This document shows positions 19,208 through 27,222 of a stretch of DNA of 64,000 nt, in pieces. Under the pieces are notes generated by a model that was given only the letters and a program-made list of their open reading frames with translations, was not told the DNA's origin and did no database searches. The DNA lies in assembly GCA_031416315.1 (NCBI GenBank), contig JANOTL010000065.1, positions 1-64,000 of the forward strand, in the 5' to 3' direction. Position 1 is the stretch's first letter. Every line of letters starts with the position of its first letter. Source of the stretch: Pseudomonadota bacterium. Lineage in GTDB: Bacteria > Bdellovibrionota_B > Oligoflexia > Oligoflexales > CAIYRB01. Position numbers and translations under genes: made by a program.

Positions 19208-20395
19208 CTAGAAGAGCGTGCCGTCGGATTCGTACCGGATCGGCGGCCCGCCGCCCGCCCTGAGCTTCGCGGCCAGACGCCGTCCCGCCGTCCAGGTCCC
19301 GCCTTGCAACACCTTCGCCAACGGCAGCTCCAACGCCGTCTTCCCGATCATCCGGCGAATCTCCGCCGCCGTCCGATCGAGGAGGCACACCGTCAGCGCC
19401 CGCCATTCGACGATCACATCCGAATCGGGCTTGTGCACGTCTCGCAAAACACCTTCGTGTTTAGGCTCGAGCACGCCGCCGTCCAGGAACAGGCCGCCGT
19501 TGCGATATTCGGGCAGGCCCGTCAGCTCGTCGAGCTGCGTGATCTCGAGCCCGAGCTCTTCCAGCGGCTCGCACAGGGAATAGCTGAGCCACTGCGAAAG
19601 CTTGTGGAAAGGCACCAGCTCCGTCACCTGGCTGTGGCGCCAGACGTCGCCGAGATTGACGCCGCCGAGGCTGACGCGGCCGGGCCAGATCGTACCGAGC
19701 CCTTCGATCACCGCCGCGAGGATCTTCCGCGCCGGCAGCTCCCCTTGCGTCGACTGGGCGACGAAAAGGTCGACCAGATTGCCGAGCCGCGGGGACTTTT
19801 TGCCGAAATGCGCCGGATGCGCCTCGATCGCGTGCGCGAGCTTCGTCAAGAGCGCGAGCCGCCCCTCGACGCCGATCAAAGGATTCGCCGCTGTCACCTG
19901 GAATCCCGTCTTCAAATCGTCGGCCGTGACCTGGCGCAGAGACTCCGAAGAGCCCGAGAGCTTCGCGGCGAAGAACATCTCGAACGAGGCGACCGCGAGC
20001 CCCTCGGAGCGCGACAGCTCCTTGCCGCTGCGCGCGTCCTGATAGCGCCAGCCGTCGCCCGCGCCCGCGTCCAGCAAGACGCTCAAGATCGCGAGCTCGA
20101 TCTTCGTTTTCGCGATCTCCGTCTTGGTCCGCTTCTCCGCCGCGAGCTTCGCGTCCAGGAGCTTCTCGCGGTCGACGCCGCCGACGTCGAAGTGCCGCCA
20201 CCGCGAATGGTAGGGCACGTCGAGCGTCGGATAAGCCTCGCGCGTCACGTCGAGGACGAATTGGGCGATCTCGGAGAGCTTGTCCTCGCGCAGCCGGAAG
20301 TGCGCCAGCATGTCTTTCTCGGCCAAGGCGTAGACGCGCCCGCACTGCTCGCGGATCGCGACCGGCGTCCTGAGGTAGACGACCTGGGGATTCAC
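19208..20395 (-). CDS. URC4/urg3 family protein (DUF1688), uracil catabolism
   Basis: VPYHSRWRHF, SVLLDAGAG, RSEGLAVAS, PFHKLSQWLSYSL, TGLPEYRNGGL, VEWRALTV, VLQGGTW; GTG start overlaps the upstream stop. Confidence 0.92.
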   Translation of the reverse strand: MNPQVVYLRTPVAIREQCGRVYALAEKDMLAHFRLREDKLSEIAQFVLDVTREAYPTLDVPYHSRWRHFDVGGVDREKLLDAKLAAEKRTKTEIAKTKIELAILSVLLDAGAGDGWRYQDARSGKELSRSEGLAVASFEMFFAAKLSGSSESLRQVTADDLKTGFQVTAANPLIGVEGRLALLTKLAHAIEAHPAHFGKKSPRLGNLVDLFVAQSTQGELPARKILAAVIEGLGTIWPGRVSLGGVNLGDVWRHSQVTELVPFHKLSQWLSYSLCEPLEELGLEITQLDELTGLPEYRNGGLFLDGGVLEPKHEGVLRDVHKPDSDVIVEWRALTVCLLDRTAAEIRRMIGKTALELPLAKVLQGGTWTAGRRLAAKLRAGGGPPIRYESDGTLF

Positions 20396-21660
20396 TCGTT
20401 GAGCCCCCGGCCCTTCTTCTTCGCCAGCTCGGCGTCGTTGGGCTTCGCGCCTTCGGAGAAGTAGCCGGCCGCCTTTTTCGCGTCCATCTCGACCTGCGCG
20501 TCGGCCGGGATCAGCTCCTCGGGGATCGACACGCGCTCCTTGATGCTGATGCCGGTGCGCTCGATCGCGTCGAACTTCATGTTGGACATGGAGACGAAGC
20601 GGTCGATGTGCTTGATGCCGAGCCAATGGAGGACGTCGGGCATGAGCTCCTGGAAGCGCATGTCCTGCACGCCGGCGACGCACTCGGTGCGGTGGAAGTA
20701 CTTCTCCGCCGTGTCGCCGCCGACCTGCCGCTTGCGCGCGTTATAAACGAGGAATTTCGTGACCTCGCCCAGGGCGCGGCCTTCCTTGCGGTTGTAGACG
20801 ATGAGCCCGCAGCCGCCACGTTGCGCCGTCTCGATGCAGACCTCGACGCCGTGCGTGAGATACGGTCGGCACGTGCAAATGTCGGAGCCGAAGACGTCGG
20901 AGCCGTTGCATTCGTCGTGCACGCGGCAGGCGAGCTCGATGTTCGGGTCGGCGATCGATTTCACGTCGCCGTAGAAATAGCAGGTCGCGCCGCCGATCGG
21001 TGGCAGGAACACCTCGAGGTCGGGGCGCGTGATCAGCTCCGGGAACATCCCGCTGGTGTGCTCGAAGAGGTTCCGCCGCAGCTCGCCTTCCTCGACGCCG
21101 AAGCGCTCGGCGATGCCGGGGAGCCACCACACCGGCTCGATCGCGGCCTTGGTGACCACGACCTCGCCGTTCTCCTTCAGGATCTTGCCGTCGGGCTTCA
21201 GCCGGCCCTTCTCCATCGCCTCGACCAGCTCGGGCATCGACATGTGCGCCTTGGTGACCGCGATGGTCGGGCGGATGTCGTAGCCTTCCTTCAAGAGGTC
21301 CCCGAACTCGGCGGCGACGATGTGGCCCCAGGGGTCCATGGACACGATGCGATTCGGATCACCCCAGCCCGGGTAGGGCCCGATCGGCTCGGCGGGCGCC
21401 GTATTCGCGAGATCGGGAATGTGCACGGGATCGAGCGAGCCGGCGGCGATCGCGAGCGCGCGATAGACGGCGTAGGAGCCGGAGTGCGCGCCGATCACGT
21501 TGCGTGCTTCTTGGGTGGTGTTGCTCGCGATCACCGGACCGCGCGATTTCGCGTCTTTCGCGCCCCAGTGGATCGCCAGAGGCCGCGGGCCGTCCGCGGC
21601 CGGGTGCGAGGTCAGCTTGATGTGCGTCAGCTTTTTCGACTTCTTCTTCTCGTCGGTCAT
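20392..21660 (-). CDS. URC1/urg1-like GTP cyclohydrolase II family protein (GTP_CH_N + GCH II)
   Basis: RGPVIAS, RNVIGAHSGSYAVYRALA, RVHDECNGSDVFGSDICTCRPYL, RKEGRALGEVTKFLVYNARKRQ, EMDAKKAAGY. Confidence 0.93.
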   Translation of the reverse strand: MTDEKKKSKKLTHIKLTSHPAADGPRPLAIHWGAKDAKSRGPVIASNTTQEARNVIGAHSGSYAVYRALAIAAGSLDPVHIPDLANTAPAEPIGPYPGWGDPNRIVSMDPWGHIVAAEFGDLLKEGYDIRPTIAVTKAHMSMPELVEAMEKGRLKPDGKILKENGEVVVTKAAIEPVWWLPGIAERFGVEEGELRRNLFEHTSGMFPELITRPDLEVFLPPIGGATCYFYGDVKSIADPNIELACRVHDECNGSDVFGSDICTCRPYLTHGVEVCIETAQRGGCGLIVYNRKEGRALGEVTKFLVYNARKRQVGGDTAEKYFHRTECVAGVQDMRFQELMPDVLHWLGIKHIDRFVSMSNMKFDAIERTGISIKERVSIPEELIPADAQVEMDAKKAAGYFSEGAKPNDAELAKKKGRGLNE

Positions 21661-22697
21661 GGACTCTCCGATGCGCGTGGACGCATCATAGCAAATCGGC
21701 CTTGGCTTGAATTGATTAATAGACGCGGGAGCTTATGTACGAGCTCGGCGGCAAAGCCGAGCCCGTACGCCGCATGCACGACCAGAGTCGCCGGCGCCGA
21801 TGCGAGGGCCGCTCCGAGCCCGAGCGCGCGCAGCCCTTGAGTCGTCGCCGCTGCGAGGAGACCGATCGCCAGATGCGAGACCGTGAGAATGGCCAAAGTC
21901 CGCATAGGCACGAGGCCGCAAAGCGCGAAAACGGTCGTCGCCACGGCCAAGCTCGGCACGAGAAACGCCGGGTGCAAGCTGCGCGGCGCGTGCAAGGTCT
22001 GCGTGGCGCGGCCGCGGCCATAACCGAACATTTGCTTGGCGAAGCCGCGCGGGCTTGCGCGGCGATGATGCCAGACCGCGAGCTCGGGATCGTAGGCGAG
22101 GCGCGCGCCGGCGCGTTGCCAGTCGAAGAGAAAGAGATTCTCCTCGTTTCCCGGCATGCCCGAGACGAAGCGATGCTCGCGCAGAGCTGACCGGCGTACG
22201 ACGAGGTTGCATAGGATCAAGTTGCGCTCCGTCGCATGAGCCTGAGGCTTCGCGACGTAGCGGCTGCGCACCATCGGCGCGCAGAACCAGCTCGCCATCA
22301 AGGCGCCGCTCAGCTTCTGAAAGCGCGTGTTGTCGGGCGGCGTTAGATTCGGCCCGCCCAGCGCGGCGAGCTCGGGCTCGGCCGTGAAGGCGCGCAAGAT
22401 GCGCGCGAAGTATCCCGGCGGCACCTCGCAGTCGTCGTCGAGGAAGACGATGAGATCCTCGGCGCCGTGGTCGAAGGCGCGGTTGCGCGCGCTGACGCGG
22501 TCCTCGCGCGGCACCTCGATCCACGAGACGCGGGGATCGCCGACGGTCGCCAGCACGGCGCGGCTCGGATCGCCGACGCCGTTGACGACGACGCGCACGC
22601 GTCCCGTGCCGGGAAGATCGCGCAAGACTGTCGTGAGACAGCGTCGAAACAGCTCGGGACGTTCCCGGGTCAAAATATGGACGACGAGTGAAATCAT
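21657..22697 (-). CDS. Glycosyltransferase family 2 with C-terminal TM helices
   Basis: SARN, IVFLDDDC, GNEE, VWHHRR, QMFGYGRGR. Confidence 0.88.
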   Translation of the reverse strand: MISLVVHILTRERPELFRRCLTTVLRDLPGTGRVRVVVNGVGDPSRAVLATVGDPRVSWIEVPREDRVSARNRAFDHGAEDLIVFLDDDCEVPPGYFARILRAFTAEPELAALGGPNLTPPDNTRFQKLSGALMASWFCAPMVRSRYVAKPQAHATERNLILCNLVVRRSALREHRFVSGMPGNEENLFLFDWQRAGARLAYDPELAVWHHRRASPRGFAKQMFGYGRGRATQTLHAPRSLHPAFLVPSLAVATTVFALCGLVPMRTLAILTVSHLAIGLLAAATTQGLRALGLGAALASAPATLVVHAAYGLGFAAELVHKLPRLLINSSQGRFAMMRPRASESP

Positions 22698-22704
22698 GGG
22701 AGTT

Positions 22705-24117
22705 CTAGCGATGATCGCAGGCGTCCGGCAGGGCGGCAAGCGGTTTCGGGGGGGGGCGGAGCGCGTGTAGCCACCAGATGTTGAAGCCCCGGAGCGTGCG
22801 GAATGAGCTCAGATCGACGCCGCCGCGGACCTCTGCGCGGAGGGAGTAGTCGCGGAAGCAGTAGAGCTCGTCGTCGCGCGTCAGCTTGTGGGCGAGGACC
22901 TTGAAATGCGCCACGATGCTCGGGACCTTGGGGCCTTTCGGCGTGGCGTAGCGGATGTTCTGGGTGATGGTCGGCTTCGTGAGGACCAGCGTCGCCTGCA
23001 CGGCGAAGGACAGCGCCGCGAAGACGAGGAACGCGGGACGCCAGCGTCGGTCGAGCTCGCCTGCGCCGAGGAGGCAAAGGGGCAGAATGCAGGGCACGAG
23101 GAAGCGCGGGCCGCAGGGGCCGAAGCCGAGGGGCGAGGCCCATCGCGCATAGAAAACGACGCTGACGCCGAAGCTCGCCAGGAGCGCGAGGTCGAGCCCG
23201 AGGCGGCGCCCGCGCCGGCTGAGCACGGCGAAGCGCACGATCAGAAACGCCGTGAGCGGCGAGAAGAACAGGAGGCCGCCCTCCGGGCTCCCGAGTTGCT
23301 GCCAGAGACCGTCGAGGAAGGGCGTCGCCCAAGCCGCGCCGTTGACGCTCGTCACGGCCGCTTCGTAACCCGTATTCAGCGGATCGCCGAAAGCGTAGCG
23401 TTGGTACGCGAGCGTCACGATCGTCGCGACCGCGAGCGGCACGCTGTGCCATGCGGTCCGGCGCCATGCGCCGCGCCGCGCCTCTTGCCAGCGAAAGTAG
23501 AGCCACAGGGGCATGAGCGGCACGCAGAAAGCCGGCTTCACAAGCAGGCCGAAGGCCGCGAGCCAACCCGCGCGGCGGTCGCCCTCGAGCTCCAGCGCGA
23601 CGTAGCCCATGAGCGCGAACGCCAACGCGACGTCGCGCGTTTGCGATTTGGAGTAGGGGAAGATCAAAGTCGCGAAGGCGCCGCACAGGACCATGAGCAT
23701 GGCGCGCTTGCGGTCGAGACCGAGCGTGAGCGTGGCGCGACCGAGGAAATAGACCGCGCCGAAGGCCAAGAGGGTGGAGACGAACGAGACGGTGACCTGG
23801 CGCAGGGTCGCGGCGGGGTAACCGAGCTTGGCTGATAGGGTATTCGCGACGAAGACGCTCGGCGCGTAGAGGAGGGGCGTGCCCAGGCCGAGCTTCGAAA
23901 CGATGCTGCGATCGGCGCGGCGGTGATATACGATTCCCGACATCCCCGGTTTTTTCGGCACGAAGATCGTGCCGTGCTCGATGAGGGCGGTCGCCGTCTC
24001 GATCGAGGCGGTGGCGTCGATCGAGTCAACGTGGCCGGGCGCGAGGACGAAGTACGTGACGAAGACCAGGGTCAGGACTTTGCCGAGGTGACGACGAAGC
24101 GTGAGGGCCCCGTGCAT
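22705..24117 (-). CDS. Polytopic membrane glycosyltransferase (GT-C-like)
   Basis: Many TM segments; acidic first loop DSID; ATLIFPYS, FGDPLNTGY, GLLFFSP, GPRFLVP. Confidence 0.75.
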   Translation of the reverse strand: MHGALTLRRHLGKVLTLVFVTYFVLAPGHVDSIDATASIETATALIEHGTIFVPKKPGMSGIVYHRRADRSIVSKLGLGTPLLYAPSVFVANTLSAKLGYPAATLRQVTVSFVSTLLAFGAVYFLGRATLTLGLDRKRAMLMVLCGAFATLIFPYSKSQTRDVALAFALMGYVALELEGDRRAGWLAAFGLLVKPAFCVPLMPLWLYFRWQEARRGAWRRTAWHSVPLAVATIVTLAYQRYAFGDPLNTGYEAAVTSVNGAAWATPFLDGLWQQLGSPEGGLLFFSPLTAFLIVRFAVLSRRGRRLGLDLALLASFGVSVVFYARWASPLGFGPCGPRFLVPCILPLCLLGAGELDRRWRPAFLVFAALSFAVQATLVLTKPTITQNIRYATPKGPKVPSIVAHFKVLAHKLTRDDELYCFRDYSLRAEVRGGVDLSSFRTLRGFNIWWLHALRPPPKPLAALPDACDHR

Positions 24118-25203
24118 CACACCGTTTCGCTCGACGTGCACGGCGTGACCATGCGTCTTTCCGGCCTGAGCGCCGCGGAGGCCGACTTCGTCGGCCGCGA
24201 GTTCGCGCATTTCGTGCGTCCGCGTCGCGCGGGGCGGGCTGCCGTTGATGTCCTCGTTCGCGTCCAAGAGCGGATCCCCGTTTCCGCGCTGCACCGGCGC
24301 CTCCGGCGTTGGCTCTCCTGGCCCACCGCCCCCGGTCCGCGCGGCTTCCACTTCGTCAGCTTCTTCGCGCGCGTCCCCGTCGCCTACGCCTTCGAGCGCG
24401 GCCTCTGCCTCGTCGGCCGCGCGGATGCGGAGACGACGATCGAGGTGTTGTACGTGATCATACACGCCGCCGTCGGCGAATGCCTCGATCTTCGGGGCGT
24501 GCACCGTCTGCACGCCGCCACCGTGACCACGGCGGATGGCGGCGGCGCCTGGGCGATGGTCGGCGCCTCGGGCGTCGGCAAGACCACTCTCTTATGGTCC
24601 CTTCTCCGCGATCCCGCGACGGGCTGGCTCTCCGAGGACGTGGCCCTCGTAGACGCGGCTCTCCGCGTGCGCGCCTTTCCCTTGCGTTTCGCCTTCCGTG
24701 GCGCGGCGCCGGAAGATGCCACGGAGTCGCTGCGCTTTCAGCGCCTGGGGTTTGGGACGAAGCACGTCGTCGCGGCGGCGCAGAAAGCGGCGCAGGTCGT
24801 GGACGCGGCGGATCTGCGGACGCTGGTGTTTCTGAGGCGTGAGCCTCGCCCAGGAGATCCGACCCTCGCGCGCGCTTCGCGACTCAGAGCCGCCTATTCG
24901 CTGGCGCGCTGGCTCGTCGTGGGGCACGAGCTGCCACAAATCTGGCAACTTTTCATCCGCTTCAGCTGGAAGTCGATGGCAGGGAAGGGGAGGATCGCCC
25001 GTTCGCGCGTGCGCACGGCGAGGGCGCTCCTGCGTGGGACGCGGCAGCTTGTTTACACGCTGCCGCATGCGGAGGGTGAGGCGGAGCGGGATGTGGTTGC
25101 GGCTAGGTTGCGTGCGTTGGTTGTGGGAGCTTCGTCTAAGCTCCTTCAATCAATCAACCCCGCCCCAAACGCCCGCAACCGCCGCTTCAACCGCGGAAAA
25201 TAA
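24112..25203 (+). CDS. HPr-kinase-related P-loop kinase
   Basis: LHAA, GASGVGKTT, WLSEDVALV, AFP; start GTG 24112 or ATG 24151. Confidence 0.75.
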   Translation: MHHTVSLDVHGVTMRLSGLSAAEADFVGREFAHFVRPRRAGRAAVDVLVRVQERIPVSALHRRLRRWLSWPTAPGPRGFHFVSFFARVPVAYAFERGLCLVGRADAETTIEVLYVIIHAAVGECLDLRGVHRLHAATVTTADGGGAWAMVGASGVGKTTLLWSLLRDPATGWLSEDVALVDAALRVRAFPLRFAFRGAAPEDATESLRFQRLGFGTKHVVAAAQKAAQVVDAADLRTLVFLRREPRPGDPTLARASRLRAAYSLARWLVVGHELPQIWQLFIRFSWKSMAGKGRIARSRVRTARALLRGTRQLVYTLPHAEGEAERDVVAARLRALVVGASSKLLQSINPAPNARNRRFNRGK

Positions 25204-26588
25204 TACCCCGCCCGCGCCACCACGCTCCCAAAGTTCCGGTTCACCGTCACCTCGTTCCTGGCCGACCAAGGCTCCTCGACGAAAAGAAAAGAGCTCGCCG
25301 CCGCCTGAAAGAAAAGCGTCTGCGTGAGAAACGCCGTATACACGACCTCCGCCGAGCCCACTGATCCCGCGCCGAGCCGCGCGGGCTGGCCTTCGGCCTT
25401 GAACCGCCCCAGAGACAAGCCGCTGCCCACCGACACCGTGAACGCGCCGAGCGCCGTGTGCGCCGTCGCCGCCGCGTGATAGCTCGGCAACACGAAGAGC
25501 GAGCTGACGTCCCGCATCCTGCGGTTCCCGTCGTCGTCTTCCAGCGTCAGCCGCGCGCTCGCGGAAAACAGCTCGACCTCCGGATACGTGCTCAAAGCGA
25601 AATCCCACGCGGCAAACGCCTGCGGATGCTCGACGCTCGTTAAGCTCGCGCTCGAAAGCGCGGCCGGCAAGGTGTCCTCCTCGTCCTTCTGCGCTTCGAC
25701 CCGCCAAGGCTTCACGCCCTGAAACCCGAACGTCGACTTCGAATACCCGTAGGTCATCGAGTTCGGAATGCCGGAGAAGGTCCACAAGGCCAGCCATTCA
25801 CCGCCCGCGAGCTGGTAGCCCCGGCCGCCCGGGAGCTCCATCGCGAAGCGCGGCACCTCCACCGAAGAGCCCCGATGCAGGTCGTAGACCTCCGGATTGA
25901 AGCGGATCAAGTCACCGGAGATCGTGTACGACGGCACGACGAGGTGCGTCGCACCGGCATCGTTTCCGAGGAAATGCAGCTTCTCGGCGTCGAGCCGAGC
26001 CAAGGACACCGGCTCGCGGTGGCTAATGCCCAAGACGTCGAACACGTCCTGCGCCGCCGCTTCCCCGACGAAGTCGTCGCAACCCGTCAGCGCGCGCCGC
26101 GCCTCTCGCTGCCACATCGTCGCCAGCCGCTCGGCGCGCGACGAGTCCAAATGCGCCGGCGGCGCCAGCACGTAGCGCCGGCAATACCGGGCGTCGCGTC
26201 GCGGCCCGCCGCCGTCGAAGGTCGCCAACACCGTATTCGGGCATTCGAACGCCGCACCCGTCGCCAGATCCACGAGGATGCCGACAATCGCCGCCTCCGG
26301 CGCCAAAAGCCCGAAGATCCCGTTTCCGATCAGCTCCAGCCGCCAGCGGAAGCTGCAGTCGATCTCGACCACCTTCTCCTCGGCGCCGAGGCGAAAGTGC
26401 AGGCGCTCGCTCGGAACCCGTTGCATCTTGAGGTAAAAAGGCGAGGTGCCGCTCGGGCCCTTTTCACCGTCGAGCGTCATGGTCGCGCCGCGCGGCTCGG
26501 AATCGATCGAAACGATCTGTTTATTGCCCCCGACCGTCGCGCATCCGGGCAAAATCATTAGAAACGTTATAGATGTCTTGAAATTCAT
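25146..26588 (-). CDS. PEGA-domain lipoprotein with possible C-terminal beta-barrel
   Basis: Lipobox LPGC; SIDSEPRGATMTLDG..GTSP; VDLATGA; amphipathic beta strands ending RAGYYF. Confidence 0.75.
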   Translation of the reverse strand: MNFKTSITFLMILPGCATVGGNKQIVSIDSEPRGATMTLDGEKGPSGTSPFYLKMQRVPSERLHFRLGAEEKVVEIDCSFRWRLELIGNGIFGLLAPEAAIVGILVDLATGAAFECPNTVLATFDGGGPRRDARYCRRYVLAPPAHLDSSRAERLATMWQREARRALTGCDDFVGEAAAQDVFDVLGISHREPVSLARLDAEKLHFLGNDAGATHLVVPSYTISGDLIRFNPEVYDLHRGSSVEVPRFAMELPGGRGYQLAGGEWLALWTFSGIPNSMTYGYSKSTFGFQGVKPWRVEAQKDEEDTLPAALSSASLTSVEHPQAFAAWDFALSTYPEVELFSASARLTLEDDDGNRRMRDVSSLFVLPSYHAAATAHTALGAFTVSVGSGLSLGRFKAEGQPARLGAGSVGSAEVVYTAFLTQTLFFQAAASSFLFVEEPWSARNEVTVNRNFGSVVARAGYYFPRLKRRLRAFGAGLID

Positions 26589-26604
26589 TTAATTCTATTA
26601 GAAT

Positions 26605-27222
26605 ATGTTGAAAATGAGTCGAGGCCCCCAAAAGATCATCCTTTCGTTGGCGCTCGCTCTTTGCGGCGCGGCCGAGGCGCGGGCGACCGCCGCCTCCGTG
26701 CGGGTGAATCCGGTCGCATCATATTCCGCCGCGACCATGGGCGGCCACGGAATCGACGTCGGGGCCGAGCTTTTCTTCGACCCGCGCTGGGCTCTCGGCG
26801 TGAACGCCGCCTACGGCCTCATGCGCTTCGGCCTGATGAACAGCCTGACGCCGGACAAGTCCAAGGTCGAGGTGGAGTTCGAGGACACCAAAAGCCAATC
26901 TTACGGCGTCCAGCTCGCGCGCTACCACGGCCCGAACGAGCGGCTTTACGCGCTCGTCTCCCTCGCGTACTCCGCCTCCGAGGTGCACGCGAAGACGAAC
27001 GGCGAGCCCGTGCACGTCAAGCAGTCCTCCGCCCTCCCTGAGCTCGGTTACGGCTACCGCTGGCTCTTCCGCCACGGCGGCTTCGCCAGTTTCGGCGGCG
27101 GCATGGTCTACCGCGTCCCGCTCAAGGACGAGATCGAGGGCAATGCAAAGCCTCTGAAGCTCGAGGCCCTGGGCCGCACGTATCCGACCCTGCGTTTGGG
27201 CATCGGCTACCTCTTCCGATGA
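26605..27222 (+). CDS. Small outer-membrane beta-barrel protein
   Basis: Signal peptide, alternating beta strands, GYGYRWLF, C-terminal LRLGIGYLF. Confidence 0.8.
   Translation: MLKMSRGPQKIILSLALALCGAAEARATAASVRVNPVASYSAATMGGHGIDVGAELFFDPRWALGVNAAYGLMRFGLMNSLTPDKSKVEVEFEDTKSQSYGVQLARYHGPNERLYALVSLAYSASEVHAKTNGEPVHVKQSSALPELGYGYRWLFRHGGFASFGGGMVYRVPLKDEIEGNAKPLKLEALGRTYPTLRLGIGYLFR

Noticed and set aside
20392..21660. ribA (riboflavin synthesis)
   Set aside because: The long GTP_CH_N N-terminus and coupling to DUF1688 indicate the URC1 type; no rib genes are nearby.
21657..21720. Functional coupling of GT2 to URC1 through the ATGA overlap
   Set aside because: The GT2 tail looks like a read-through over an AT-rich stretch containing TGCTATGAT (extended -10-like), so URC1 probably has its own promoter.
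24112..25203. Lasso peptide/RiPP cluster
   Set aside because: No precursor, PqqD/RRE, peptidase or cyclase genes are adjacent.
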